Source of the DNA: an uncultured Acidobacteriota bacterium
GTDB lineage: Bacteria; Acidobacteriota; Thermoanaerobaculia; Gp7-AA8
Direction of reading: 5' to 3'
DNA length: 64,000 nt
Assembly: GCA_963741955.1 (NCBI GenBank)
Contig: CAVUKB010000010.1
Span: forward strand, 64,001 to 128,000
A model generated the notes under the pieces. That model had not been told where the DNA came from. It worked only from the letters and a program-made list of their open reading frames with translations, and did no database searches. Positions 33,538 through 44,051 of the stretch are shown here, piece after piece (position 1 is the first letter of the stretch; the number at the start of each line of letters is the position of its first letter). Position numbers and translations under genes: made by a program.

Positions 33538-33818
33538 TTCGCGCGCGCCTCCCCACGGCGTTCGCGCCGCGAGACCGGCACACCACGTTTCCTGCAGCAT
33601 CCGATTCTGGAGTGGATGTTCGCTGAACAGTAGCATCGGCTCCTCCGTCGTGAGGAGCCGATTGCGTTTTGTCCCGGAGACGGATTCGACGCTCTGCAAG
33701 CCGGGTGGATCTCAGACGCTCAGCGATATCTCCGCCGCAGATTCCCTCGAGATCTCCTCGACTCCCGTCGACTCTCGAGCACGAGGATGAGGCGACGACG
33801 GACAGATCGGTCCGCCCG

Positions 33819-35585
33819 TCATTCGGAGTCTCCGCTCTCTCCGCTCGAATCGGGCCTCGGTCGCGCTGCGGCGACGGGAGGAAGGTGCGGAGTGGGGTGA
33901 AGCCGGGGAGCGGGCTTTCCGACGCGCGTCTCCGCGGGAATCGCAGGTCGGGTTCCGTCGCGGTACGCGGTGTACGCAGGAGACATGATCTCGACCCCCG
34001 CTTCGCTGAACGCATCCTGAATCCGCGCGTGCAGCTCCGAATACGTCACGGCCATCCGTCCCGGCTGGTCGGTGTACGCGTTGATCTCGTAGTGGACGAA
34101 GAAATCGTCGAGCGCCGTCTGCAGCACGAACGGTTCGGGGCTCACCAGGATGTTCGGCGTCTGCTTCGCGGCCGCGATCAGGAGCTCGTGCACCCTGGGC
34201 CAGGGTGCGTCGTATCCGATCGTGACGCTGGTGTTCAGAATCAGTCCGCTCGCCTGCGCGGAGGCGGAGAAGTTCACGATGTGGCTGCTGAGTACCAGCG
34301 AGTTCGGGACGGTGATGTCGACGTTCTTGATGGTGCGGACTCTCGTCACGAGGAGAGACTTCGCGACCACGTCGCCCACGGTGTCCGCGATTCTCACCCG
34401 GTCGCCGAGGCGGAACGCACGGGTGTAGGTCAGGACCACCCCGGCTACGACGTTCGACACGGCGGATGTCGAGCCGAGTGAAAAGAGGACGCCGAGAAAG
34501 ATCGAGATTCCTTTGAAGGCGGGAGAGCTCGATCCAGGGAGATACGGGAACGCCACGACCACCGCGCCGGTCAGGATCAGAAAGCGGGCGATCTTGAAGG
34601 TCGGTTCGGCCCATTCCGGATCGAAGTCGGAGAAGACGATGGTTCCTTTCCCCATCTCACGGAAGATCACGTGCACGAGCTTGATCGAGTAGTACGTGAT
34701 GACCGCGATCACCAGAACGAAGAAGAGATTCGGGACGTAGTCGACCGCGGTCTGCCAGACGCTGCGGATCGGGAGGAGGAGATATCCGACGAGCACGCGG
34801 GTGTAGCCGCGGGTCCATGGATAGAGGCTCAGGAGAATCGCCGCCCACGCCCCGATCAGAACGACGATGCTCACCCCGCGGATCAGAGCGATCAGACCCA
34901 CCAGGAAATCGGTGAACCTCTCGGCGCTGAGGAGCTCGAGCCGCTGAATGCGGATGGAGCGGATTTTCGTTCCCCGCCACGATTCGATCTGCGCGATTCC
35001 GATCGGAGCGAGAAAGCGGATCAGTTTCAGCAGAAAGAAGAGAAGAAGAGAGATCAGCAGCGCCAGCAGGGTGTCGATCACCACGGCGCGCAGACCGTAT
35101 CTCGCTCGCACGTTCGCGACGCTGACTTCGATCCGCTCGGCCAGGCGATTCGCCAGCTCCTGCCGCGTCAGTTTCGTCCCTTCGACATCGGCATCGCTGA
35201 TCGTCATCACGATGCGGTTTCCCGCCACGATCTCGCTGGACGTCCCGTTCTCCACCACCTTGAACTTCGGGGCGCGGCCGAAGGGGCGCGTCGCGATGTC
35301 GCTGATGCGCTTTTCGATCGCGGCTGCGCGCTCGTCCGCCTCGAACGAGCCGCTCCGATGCGAGACGTTGAAGAGCACCTCTCCCTCCAGCTGCACCGGG
35401 AAAGGGCGGGGTGGAGCGACACGCATCTCCGGGGCGGTTCCGGTCACCGCCGGCTGGGTCGCCGTGGCAGGCGCCGGCTGCGACTCACCCGGCGCCGGCG
35501 TCGCGCCGAGCGGGAATGCGAACGCCAGCAGAAATGCCGTGGCCACGAGCGTCGTGGTTTTCCGAATGAGAGATGCCCGGCTCAT
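33819..35585 (-). CDS. Small-conductance mechanosensitive channel (MscS family) with periplasmic N-domain
   Basis: SLGSTSAVSNVVAG, FRLGDRVRIA, ITVPNS, VTIGYD, IQDAFSEAGVEIMSP. Confidence 0.92.
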   Translation of the reverse strand: MSRASLIRKTTTLVATAFLLAFAFPLGATPAPGESQPAPATATQPAVTGTAPEMRVAPPRPFPVQLEGEVLFNVSHRSGSFEADERAAAIEKRISDIATRPFGRAPKFKVVENGTSSEIVAGNRIVMTISDADVEGTKLTRQELANRLAERIEVSVANVRARYGLRAVVIDTLLALLISLLLFFLLKLIRFLAPIGIAQIESWRGTKIRSIRIQRLELLSAERFTDFLVGLIALIRGVSIVVLIGAWAAILLSLYPWTRGYTRVLVGYLLLPIRSVWQTAVDYVPNLFFVLVIAVITYYSIKLVHVIFREMGKGTIVFSDFDPEWAEPTFKIARFLILTGAVVVAFPYLPGSSSPAFKGISIFLGVLFSLGSTSAVSNVVAGVVLTYTRAFRLGDRVRIADTVGDVVAKSLLVTRVRTIKNVDITVPNSLVLSSHIVNFSASAQASGLILNTSVTIGYDAPWPRVHELLIAAAKQTPNILVSPEPFVLQTALDDFFVHYEINAYTDQPGRMAVTYSELHARIQDAFSEAGVEIMSPAYTAYRDGTRPAIPAETRVGKPAPRLHPTPHLPPVAAARPRPDSSGESGDSE

Positions 35586-35712
35586 CGTTTCGAGACGAGT
35601 TTAACCCGGTTTGTGCGGCGGGCGCTTCCACTGCAGACAGCCGAACCGGGCGGCGGTCTCACCATCGCGGGAACCCTGACGAGCTGGCAGAGATCGGTTA
35701 TCCTCTGCCCTC

Positions 35713-36459
35713 ATGACCGAACCTGCGGAAAATCCGTTGCCGCCCCACCCGACTCTCGACGGTTACTACGGCGAAGCTTCGCGACGTGAACGCTTCGTGC
35801 GCGACATCTTCGACGAGACCGCGGAGTGGTACGACTGGATCATCGGCTTTCTCTCGTTCGGGTCGGGAAACTGGTATCGGACGGAAGCGCTGCGTCGTGC
35901 CGGGTTCGGTCCCGGCAAGACGCTGCTCGACGTGGCGACGGGGACCGGGGTCGTCGCACGTGCCGCGGCGGGTATCAGCGACCAGCCGAAGAAGATCATC
36001 GGGCTCGATCCGAGCATCGGGATGCTGCGCGAGGCACGACGGAAGTCGGACTCGCATCTGGTGAAAGGTCGTGGCGAGACCCTTCCGTTCCCCGACGCCA
36101 GTTTCGATCTGATCACGATGGGGTTTGCGCTGCGGCACGTCGCCGATCTCCGAGCTCTCTTTGCGGAGTTTCGCCGCGTGCTGAAACCGGGCGGGAAGGT
36201 CCTGATCATGGAGATCACCGCGCCGCGCTCGCGCGTCGGTTCCGCATTCCTCGGGTTGTATCTCGGGCGGATCGTCCCATCGATCGCGAGAGTTCGAAGC
36301 GGGAGCGCGGCGGCCGGGAAGCTGATGCACTACTACTGGGACACGATCCGCTCGTGCGTCCCGCCGGAGACGATCGTCGAAGCGTTGCAGGCCGCGGGTT
36401 TCGCGAAGGTGGAGAGAAAGGTCGAGCTCCGGTTGTTCAGCGAGTACGTCGCGGAGTAG
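35713..36459 (+). CDS. UbiE/MenG-like class I SAM-dependent methyltransferase
   Basis: FDETAEWYD...LSFG, LLDVATGTG, LPFPDASFD, GFALRHV, RVLKPGG. Confidence 0.85.
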   Translation: MTEPAENPLPPHPTLDGYYGEASRRERFVRDIFDETAEWYDWIIGFLSFGSGNWYRTEALRRAGFGPGKTLLDVATGTGVVARAAAGISDQPKKIIGLDPSIGMLREARRKSDSHLVKGRGETLPFPDASFDLITMGFALRHVADLRALFAEFRRVLKPGGKVLIMEITAPRSRVGSAFLGLYLGRIVPSIARVRSGSAAAGKLMHYYWDTIRSCVPPETIVEALQAAGFAKVERKVELRLFSEYVAE

Positions 36460-36664
36460 CGAAGGGCGGGCTCTTCGTATTCGATTTCGGCCCGACCAGG
36501 TCTGTGGCCCGGCGCAGAAACGGCCGAGGCGCTTCGTTCCTGCGGTCCGGCCAGCCGCTGCGGCACGTTTCTTTCAGCGTCCCGGGGGAGCCGGTCGCGG
36601 ACTGGACAGCATCCGTTCGCACGAATAGCATCATCCAAACTCGATTCGCAGGAGAGAGGCATCC

Positions 36665-37753
36665 GTGCACGAGAATCCACTGAAGCTCAAGAAGATCCAT
36701 CACATCGAATTCTGGGCGGGGAACGCCCGCCAATCGTCCTTTTATTACCGGAAGGCCTTCGGCTTCTCGCAGCTGGCGTACGGCGGTCTGGAGACCGGGA
36801 ACCGGGAGATGGCTTCCTACGTTCTCGGCCAGGGGAAGGCGCGATTCGTCGTCTCGACGCCGCTCCGTTCCGATCACCCGGCAAGTGAGCACATCCGGAA
36901 GCACGGAGACGGTGTGAGAGACATCGCTCTGCAGGTCGAGGACGCCGATTTCGCGTTCGAGGAAGCAGTCCGCCGCGGAGCAGTCGCGGTGACCGAACCG
37001 CGCGATCTCACCGATGACCACGGGACGGTCCGTCACGCTGCCATTCAGACGTACGGCGACACCATTCACTCGTTCATCTCGTACAAGGACTACGACGGTC
37101 CTTTTCTACCCGGCTACGGCGCCGCCGCGATCGAGGGCCACGACGTCGGCATCGTGACGATCGATCACATCGTGGGTAACGTCGAGCTCGGCAAGATGAA
37201 CGAGTGGGCGGAGTTCTACTCCAGGGTGATGGGTTTTTCGCGTTACATCACGTTCGACGACAAGGACATCTCCACCGAGTACAGTGCACTGATGAGCATC
37301 GTGATGTCCGACGACTCGAAGGTGGTGAAGTTTCCGATCAACGAGCCTGCTCCCGGGAAGAAGAAGAGTCAGATCGACGAGTACCTCGATGCGTACGGTG
37401 GGCCGGGCGTCCAACACATCGCTCTCCTCTGCCGCGACGTGATCGAGACGGTCAGCGCACTCGGCGAGAACGGCGTCGAATTCCTGCGCGTACCCGATGC
37501 CTATTACGAAGAGCTGCCCGAAAGGATCGGCGGAATCAGCGAGCCGCTCGACCGGATCCGGGCGCTCGGCGTTCTGGTCGACCGCGACGAAGAAGGATAT
37601 CTGCTCCAGATCTTCTCCCGGGCGGTCGAGGATCGTCCGACGGTTTTCTTCGAGATCATCCAGCGCAAGGGGAGTCGCGGGTTCGGTAAGGGCAACTTCA
37701 AGGCGCTCTTCCAGGCGATCGAGCTGGAGCAGGAGAAACGAGGGAATCTCTAG
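36665..37753 (+). CDS. hppD: 4-hydroxyphenylpyruvate dioxygenase
   Basis: [52 protein letters not shown]. Confidence 0.96.
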   Translation: MHENPLKLKKIHHIEFWAGNARQSSFYYRKAFGFSQLAYGGLETGNREMASYVLGQGKARFVVSTPLRSDHPASEHIRKHGDGVRDIALQVEDADFAFEEAVRRGAVAVTEPRDLTDDHGTVRHAAIQTYGDTIHSFISYKDYDGPFLPGYGAAAIEGHDVGIVTIDHIVGNVELGKMNEWAEFYSRVMGFSRYITFDDKDISTEYSALMSIVMSDDSKVVKFPINEPAPGKKKSQIDEYLDAYGGPGVQHIALLCRDVIETVSALGENGVEFLRVPDAYYEELPERIGGISEPLDRIRALGVLVDRDEEGYLLQIFSRAVEDRPTVFFEIIQRKGSRGFGKGNFKALFQAIELEQEKRGNL

Positions 37754-37932
37754 CCCGCATTTCTCACACCGTCTTGTCGTGAGGAGGCGCAGAGTGGCTT
37801 GGATGCAAGGCGCACCCCGCTTCGGCGACAAAGGCATAGTGGTGACTATGTCGAGGAGCCGAAGCCGGGCGCAACGCAGCAAACAGGCCGCTATCCGGCT
37901 CCGTAGCAGAGATGGTGTGAGAAAATGCGGGC
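37753..37932. mobile_element. About 180-bp palindromic MITE-like element
   Basis: Terminal inverted repeats GCCCGCATTTCTCACACCGTCT (37753-37774) and AGATGGTGTGAGAAAATGCGGGC (37910-37932); nested internal stems GCTTCGGC/GCCGAAGC and CATAGT/ACTATG. Confidence 0.75.
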
Positions 37933-38069
37933 CAGGAGTCTGCGCGATGGAAACGAGGAGCAAAATCGTCGTCTGACGCCGCAGACCGGCCCGGATCGCG
38001 CTCCGCAGCAGAAGTCCCGTGAATCGTCCGGGCCGACTCTGCATCAGGAGCGGGAAGGAAAGTGGAGAC

Positions 38070-39359
38070 ATGACCCTGCAGTACCAGTCCGGCTTCGGGA
38101 ACGAGCTTTCGACCACTGCGGTCGACGGAGCACTCCCGCTGGATCAGAATTCACCCCAGCGGGCGCCGCTCGGCCTCTATGCGGAACAGCTGAGCGGCAC
38201 GCCGTTCACCGCCCCGCGCCACCTGAACCGTCGCTCGTGGCTCTACCGCATCCGCCCTTCGGCCGTGCACCCTCCCTATACCCCCGTTCCGGAGGGCGCC
38301 TTTCCGGCTCGTTTCGACGAGATCGACGCTCCGCCGAATCAGCTTCGGTGGGATCCGCTTCCGCTTCCGGATGGGCCGGCCGACTTCCTCGACGGCCTCT
38401 TCACCATCTGCGGGAACGGCGATCCGGCGATGACGAGCGGGAGCGCGGTTCACGTGTACGCGGCGAACCGCTCCATGCAGGACCGCTGTTTCTACGATGC
38501 CGACGGCGAGCTGCTGATCGTGCCGCAGCTCGGAGCGGTCCGTCTCTTCACCGAGCTCGGTATTCTGGAGATCGCACCGGGAGAGATCGCTCTCGTTCCT
38601 CGGGGGATCAAGTTCCGCGTCGAGCTGCTCGAGCAGGCCGCACGCGGCTACGTCTGCGAGAATTTCGGACAGCTCTTCCGCCTCCCGGATCTCGGACCGA
38701 TCGGCGCGAACGGCCTGGCCGATCCGCGTCACTTCCAGGCGCCGGTCGCGGCATTCGAGGACCGCGACGGACCGTTCGAGGTCGTGGCGAAGTTTCTCGG
38801 GAAGCTCTGGAGATCGGAGTACGATCACTCGCCTCTCGATGTCGTCTCGTGGCACGGGAGCTACGTTCCGTACAAGTACGATCTCGCGCGATTCAACGCG
38901 ATCAACACTGCTTCGTTCGACCATCCCGATCCGTCCATTTTCACGGTCCTCACGTCCCCCTCGGAGATCCCCGGCACCGCGAACGTCGACTTCGTGATCT
39001 TCCCCCCGCGGTGGCTCGTGGCGGAGCACACTTTCCGCCCTCCCTACTTCCATCGGAACTTCATGAACGAGTACATGGGGCTGGTTTTTGGCGAGTACGA
39101 CGCGAAGTCGGAGGGGTTCGTTCCGGGAGGGGCCAGTCTTCACAATTGCATGTCGGGTCACGGCCCCGATGCGGCCACATTCGACGCGGCTTCCACGGCG
39201 AAGCTGCAGCCGAGCCTCCTCAGTGGTACGCTTGCATTCATGTTCGAGTCGCGCTTCGTCTTTCGTCCGACGAAGTTCGCGATGGAAACGCCGCTCCTGC
39301 AGCGCGACTACTACCGCTGTTGGGAGGGGCTCGGGAAACACTTCGGAACGCGAGAATAG
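38070..39359 (+). CDS. hmgA: Homogentisate 1,2-dioxygenase
   Basis: [69 protein letters not shown]. Confidence 0.96.
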   Translation: MTLQYQSGFGNELSTTAVDGALPLDQNSPQRAPLGLYAEQLSGTPFTAPRHLNRRSWLYRIRPSAVHPPYTPVPEGAFPARFDEIDAPPNQLRWDPLPLPDGPADFLDGLFTICGNGDPAMTSGSAVHVYAANRSMQDRCFYDADGELLIVPQLGAVRLFTELGILEIAPGEIALVPRGIKFRVELLEQAARGYVCENFGQLFRLPDLGPIGANGLADPRHFQAPVAAFEDRDGPFEVVAKFLGKLWRSEYDHSPLDVVSWHGSYVPYKYDLARFNAINTASFDHPDPSIFTVLTSPSEIPGTANVDFVIFPPRWLVAEHTFRPPYFHRNFMNEYMGLVFGEYDAKSEGFVPGGASLHNCMSGHGPDAATFDAASTAKLQPSLLSGTLAFMFESRFVFRPTKFAMETPLLQRDYYRCWEGLGKHFGTRE

Positions 39360-39497
39360 AACCGCGACCGGCCGCGCAGACGGCCGCCAACCGGACGAAA
39401 TCGCGAATCAATTCGAACCGGACCGGCACCGGTCAACAGGATCGGTCATCCCGCCGCTCCCGCCTTCGGGCGGTGCGGAGGGTCGAAAGAAGAGCAG

Positions 39498-40388
39498 ATG
39501 AAACAGATACTGGATACGCTCATCGACCGCCTCATCGATTACGCGGGAATCTTCCCTCCGGCGAAGCTCCCGATGGACCAGGCGGTCCGCAACTACGCGA
39601 ACTACGCTCGCGGCGGGTGTGCTCCCGCCCTGGGACGATTCGTCGTTCCCGTCGCACGCCTGGGGGAGTTCGAGAGCGCAGCCCGCGGTCTGCACAAACC
39701 GGAGGAAGCGGCGTGGCCGATTGCGGTTCTCACCGGTCCGAAGCTCGATGACGACGTCTCGGCCATTGCGGAGTGGAACGTCCGATTCGCCGGCCGAGCG
39801 GTGATCGATACCATCGAAGCGAAGGTGACCGACGGACGCGAGATCGAGCTCATCGCGCGTCTGGTCTCTCCTGCACAGACCGCATACCTCGAAGTCCTGC
39901 TGCAGAACGATCTGGAGAAGACCATCGACGCACTCGCGAAGGCCGGCGTCCGCGCAAAGGTGCGTACGGGCGGTGTCACCGAAGAGGTGTTCCCTTCTGC
40001 CCTGCAGCTGGCCGAGTTCGTCACCCTCTGTGCGGCGAAGAACGTCCCCTTCAAAGCGACCGCGGGACTCCACCATCCGCTCCGCTGCACGAAGCCTCTG
40101 ACGTATGAACCGGGGAGCCGAAGCGCGACGATGCACGGGTTCGTGAACCTGTTCGTCGCGGCGGCACTGGCTCGGAAAGGAATGACCGTCGACGAAGCGG
40201 AGGCGCTTCTGGAGGAACGGGATCCTGGCGCCTTCCGGATCGAGGAGAGCTCGCTCTCGTGGCGTGACCACACCTTGCAGAACGATGAGCTCGCGGCCAG
40301 TCGAAACGAATTCGCGATCTCGTTCGGCTCCTGTTCTTTCGACGAGCCGATGAACGAGATTCGCCAGCTCTGGGACGGCGAGGCGTGA
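39498..40388 (+). CDS. Conserved-looking hypothetical enzyme between hmgA and fahA
   Basis: 296 aa; LIDYAGIFPPA, AKVRTGG, FKATAGLHHPLR, HGFVN, SFGSCSFDEP; co-oriented within the cluster. Confidence 0.85.
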   Translation: MKQILDTLIDRLIDYAGIFPPAKLPMDQAVRNYANYARGGCAPALGRFVVPVARLGEFESAARGLHKPEEAAWPIAVLTGPKLDDDVSAIAEWNVRFAGRAVIDTIEAKVTDGREIELIARLVSPAQTAYLEVLLQNDLEKTIDALAKAGVRAKVRTGGVTEEVFPSALQLAEFVTLCAAKNVPFKATAGLHHPLRCTKPLTYEPGSRSATMHGFVNLFVAAALARKGMTVDEAEALLEERDPGAFRIEESSLSWRDHTLQNDELAASRNEFAISFGSCSFDEPMNEIRQLWDGEA

Positions 40389-40427
40389 GCTGACGGGAGC
40401 GATCGCCAAGGAGAAGAACAGGGAACG

Positions 40428-41726
40428 ATGACCGATGAAACTCATGACCTGGCCCTTCGGAGTTGGGTCGAGTCCGCCAACGATCCGGCCACCGATTTTC
40501 CGCTCCAGAATCTCCCTTTCGGGGTGTTCCGGCGTGAAGGCGAAGAGCCGCGCGTCGGCATGGCAATCGGCGACCGCATTCTCGACCTCGGCGCGTCCGT
40601 CGATGCGGGCCTGCTGAGAACATCCCTCGCTGCAGAGACGTTCGGTCAGCCTCGACTCAACGGGATCATGGCAGCAGGTCGGACCGTCGCACGCGAGCTC
40701 CGGGCCGCGGCCCGCAACATCCTGCTCGAAAGTTTCGATCGGAGAGCGGAGGTGGAGCGCTGTCTCGTGCCCCAGGCGGAGGCATCTCTGCTGCTGCCGG
40801 CGGTGATCGGTGACTACACCGATTTCTACGCCTCCATCCACCACGCCACCAATGTCGGGAGCATGTTTCGTCCCGACAATCCGCTGCTGCCGAATTACAA
40901 ATGGGTTCCGATCGGCTACCACGGACGTGCTTCGTCGATCGTGGTCAGCGGAACGCCGTTCCGACGTCCTGCAGGACAGCTGAAGGATCCAGAGGGAGCG
41001 CCGAGGTTCGAAGCCTGCCGGAGACTCGACTACGAGACCGAGGTCGGCCTCTTCGTCGCGGGGGGGAACGAGCTCGGAGTGCCGGTGCGGATCGGCGACG
41101 CAGAAGAGCACATCTTCGGACTCTGTCTGGTGAACGACTGGTCTGCGCGCGACATTCAGACGTGGGAGTACCAGCCGCTCGGACCATTTCTGGGCAAGAG
41201 CTTCACCACATCCATCTCTCCGTGGGTGGTGACGCTCGATGCCCTCGAGCCCTTCCGCGTGCCGGCGTTCGAGCGCTCCGCTGCAGACCCGGCCCCGCTG
41301 CCGTATCTCACCTCGGACCGGGATCGCCGCCTGGGCGGCATCGACCTGACGCTCGAGGTGTGGATCGAATCGCAGAAGATGCGCGACGCCGGGATCGCTC
41401 CACTCCGGCTCAGTCGAGGGTCCTTCCGCGACATGTACTGGACCGTCGCTCAGCTCCTCGCACACCACACCAGCAACGGCTGCAACCTGCAGCCGGGAGA
41501 TCTTCTCGCGAGCGGAACGGTTTCCGGAACGACGAAAGATTCGAGGGGAAGTCTGCTCGAGCTGGCGTGGAAGGGGACCGAGCCCATCGAGCTCCCGACG
41601 GGAGAACAGCGGCGCTTTCTGGAAGATGGAGACGAAGTGATCATGCGCGGCTGGTGCGAGCGCGAAGGCTTCCGCCGGATCGGATTCGGTGAATGCCGCG
41701 GTCGCGTGCTTCCCGCCGTCGGGTGA
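40428..41726 (+). CDS. fahA: Fumarylacetoacetase
   Basis: DFPLQNLPFG, GDYTDFYASIHHATNVG, YHGRASS, LDYETE, NDWSARDIQ.WEYQPLGPFLGKSF, GDLLASGT. Confidence 0.96.
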   Translation: MTDETHDLALRSWVESANDPATDFPLQNLPFGVFRREGEEPRVGMAIGDRILDLGASVDAGLLRTSLAAETFGQPRLNGIMAAGRTVARELRAAARNILLESFDRRAEVERCLVPQAEASLLLPAVIGDYTDFYASIHHATNVGSMFRPDNPLLPNYKWVPIGYHGRASSIVVSGTPFRRPAGQLKDPEGAPRFEACRRLDYETEVGLFVAGGNELGVPVRIGDAEEHIFGLCLVNDWSARDIQTWEYQPLGPFLGKSFTTSISPWVVTLDALEPFRVPAFERSAADPAPLPYLTSDRDRRLGGIDLTLEVWIESQKMRDAGIAPLRLSRGSFRDMYWTVAQLLAHHTSNGCNLQPGDLLASGTVSGTTKDSRGSLLELAWKGTEPIELPTGEQRRFLEDGDEVIMRGWCEREGFRRIGFGECRGRVLPAVG

Positions 41727-41765
41727 GGAACGCGCACGTTTCGCCAACTCGCGCTGTCCGGGATG

Positions 41766-41799
41766 AAAAAGGCTCGAGGGGAACCCCTCGAGCCTTTTC
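41766..41799. terminator. Bidirectional intrinsic terminator
   Basis: AAAAGGCTCGAGGGG-AA-CCCCTCGAGCCTTTT between convergent fahA and 41802..42443. Confidence 0.85.
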
Positions 41800-41801
41800 G
41801 T

Positions 41802-42443
41802 TCACCTCAGCCGCTCTTCTCGTTCGTCTTCGATGCGTCTTTCGCGCGCACGCTCGCGGTCGATCTCGCGCTCGCTCAGGCCCGCGACCGGCCGCTCGAC
41901 GTCCGCCGGACGGCTGACCAGCCGGTCGAAGAGCTCGCGGTAATGAATCATCGACTGGCGAAGATCTTCGGTCGTGACCTGACCTTGCGCATGTGCCTCG
42001 ATCGCCCGATGAGCATCGCGATAATGCTCGACGAGCTCCGGTTCCTTGACCGAGAGATCCGAGGCGCGCTTTTCGAAGCTTCCGACCGGGTACCCGCGGA
42101 CGCTGAGGATCTCTCCGATCAGTTCGTCCGCCTGTGCCACTGCCGTGGTCGGGCGGTCGACGAATTCGCGCTCGATCCGCTCCCAGTCGCTCGAGAAGCG
42201 ACTGCGCTCTTCCGCTCTGAGAGGCCGGATTCGGAGTGAGCCTTCGCGGGCTTCACGCGCTGCGAGCTCACTTTCCGCACGGCTGCGGCTGCGAGTCGAT
42301 GAGACTGCGTGGTCGTACTCCGAACCGAAGCGTTCGCGCAGGTGCGAGCTGCGGCGGGACCGCGACGCGCCGACGAAAATGCCGACCACGATGAGTAATG
42401 CCACTGCTCCGAGTGCTACCCAGATCCAATACGGAGCCATCAT
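41802..42443 (-). CDS. Hypothetical membrane-anchored helical protein
   Basis: N-terminal TM helix; LRERFGSEYD, FVDRP..AV..AD, RGYP, TEDLRQSMIHYRELF; AAAGGAGA RBS. Confidence 0.8.
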   Translation of the reverse strand: MMAPYWIWVALGAVALLIVVGIFVGASRSRRSSHLRERFGSEYDHAVSSTRSRSRAESELAAREAREGSLRIRPLRAEERSRFSSDWERIEREFVDRPTTAVAQADELIGEILSVRGYPVGSFEKRASDLSVKEPELVEHYRDAHRAIEAHAQGQVTTEDLRQSMIHYRELFDRLVSRPADVERPVAGLSEREIDRERARERRIEDEREERLR

Positions 42444-42713
42444 TTCGTTCTCCTTTCATGACCGCAGGACGCGGTCCGTGGGGTGGCGCGGCGACGGCCG
42501 CACCAGGCCGCCGCAGAAACGGCGACCCCCCTTCATGGAAGAAGAACAGGCGCAAGGTACGTGCCCGGCGAGCCGCGAGCCCGGATTATTCACGGGATTT
42601 CGTCGCGAGGGTTTCCAGAGCGGTCGGACGAGCCTGAAGAGGCGAACAGCTCGGACGCCAGGCCCGATTTTTAAAGAAAAAATCGGGAACCGAAGCGGGT
42701 TGAAGAGTTCCAC

Positions 42714-42752
42714 TGCTCGTCGCTCGTCGCTCGTCGCTCGTCGCTCGTCGCT
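42714..42752. repeat. Tandem heptamer array CGCTCGT x5
   Basis: tgctcgt (cgctcgt)x4 cgct, abutting the msrA TAG; hairpin CCCGATTTTT/AAAAATCGGG at 42663-42687. Confidence 0.88.
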
Positions 42753-43248
42753 AATCCCTCACATAGTGGCACGTATACCCGTTCGGGTATTTCTGCAGGT
42801 AGTCCTGGTGGTACTCCTCGGCGGGCCAGAATGTCGTGGTCGGCACGATCTCCGTCACGACCGGGCGCCGCCATTTGCCGGACTGATCCACTTCGGACCG
42901 GACGCGCTCCGCCGTCTCCCGCTGAGCTTCGTCATGGTAGAAGATGATCGAGCGGTACTGCGTCCCGATGTCATTTCCCTGGCGGTTCGGGGTGGTCGGG
43001 TCGTGAAGACGGAAGAAGAAGCGGAGGATCTCCTCGTAGCTGATCCTGGACGGATCGAAGACGATCTCGACCGATTCGGCATGGCCGGTGCGGCCGCTCT
43101 TCACGTCCTCGTATCGCGGTTTCTCGAGCGTTCCGCCGGTGTAGCCGACGCTCGTCCGGACCACTCCACCGAGTTTTCGAATCAACTCCTCGACGCCCCA
43201 GAAGCAGCCTCCGGCGAGGGTCGCCGTCTCGAATCCGTTCTCAGGCAT
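42751..43248 (-). CDS. msrA: Peptide-methionine (S)-S-oxide reductase
   Basis: LAGGCFWG, GYTGG, TGHAE, DPT..NRQGNDIGTQYRS, AEEYHQDYL, GYTCH. Confidence 0.96.
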   Translation of the reverse strand: MPENGFETATLAGGCFWGVEELIRKLGGVVRTSVGYTGGTLEKPRYEDVKSGRTGHAESVEIVFDPSRISYEEILRFFFRLHDPTTPNRQGNDIGTQYRSIIFYHDEAQRETAERVRSEVDQSGKWRRPVVTEIVPTTTFWPAEEYHQDYLQKYPNGYTCHYVRD

Positions 43249-43866
43249 TCACTTCGTCTCCTTCTGCGCGTTCTTCCGGAACAGCGGGAGAAACTCGCCG
43301 TAGCCTTCCGCCTGGAGCTTTTCGACCGGGATGAAGCGCAGCGCCGCGGAGTTCATGCAGTAGCGCATGCCGGTCGGCGCGGGTCCGTCGTTGAAGACAT
43401 GGCCGAGGTGTGAACCGGCGTGCTTCGAGCGAACCTCGGTGCGCACCATGAAGAACTGCCGATCGGTCTTCTCCACGATATTGTCCGGCACCAGAGGCCT
43501 GGTGAAGCTCGGCCAGCCCGTTCCCGACTCGAACTTGTCGAGGGAGCTGAAGAGCGGCTCACCGGAGACGACGTCGACGTAGATGCCGGCTTTGTGGTTG
43601 TCCCAGTACTGGTTGCGGAACGCGGGCTCGGTTCCTCCGTTCTGGGTGACGTCGTACTGAAGCGGCGTCAGCTCTTTCTTCAGCTCGGTTTCGGACGGTT
43701 TGGTGTACTGCGACATGGATGCTCCCTTCGTGCTGGCGGTGTGTACGGCGGCGCTCGACGGATGGGCGCTCTGCGGGCCGCGCTGCCGCGCGGCGGCGAC
43801 GAGCGCCAGAGACACGACAGCCAGGATGGCCACGATCGCCGTGGCCCACGTTCTGCTCTGATTCAC
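43249..43866 (-). CDS. msrB: Peptide-methionine (R)-S-oxide reductase, Zn-free type, with signal peptide
   Basis: [51 protein letters not shown]; N-terminal hydrophobic signal; GGAGGAGG RBS. Confidence 0.95.
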   Translation of the reverse strand: MNQSRTWATAIVAILAVVSLALVAAARQRGPQSAHPSSAAVHTASTKGASMSQYTKPSETELKKELTPLQYDVTQNGGTEPAFRNQYWDNHKAGIYVDVVSGEPLFSSLDKFESGTGWPSFTRPLVPDNIVEKTDRQFFMVRTEVRSKHAGSHLGHVFNDGPAPTGMRYCMNSAALRFIPVEKLQAEGYGEFLPLFRKNAQKETK

Positions 43867-44051
43867 GGCCTCCTCCTATGTTTCCGAAACGGACTGGCGT
43901 CGCGGAAAGTTCCGCGACGCGTCCGCTACGATCCACGGGTTGGATGCTGTCGCAGGGGGACAGGTTTCGGGAGCATCGCTCGATTCGAGTATCCTTGACC
44001 GTCTCGCGTACCGGAACGTGGTAGGGAGGCGCATCAACCGGAGGAGGAAAG

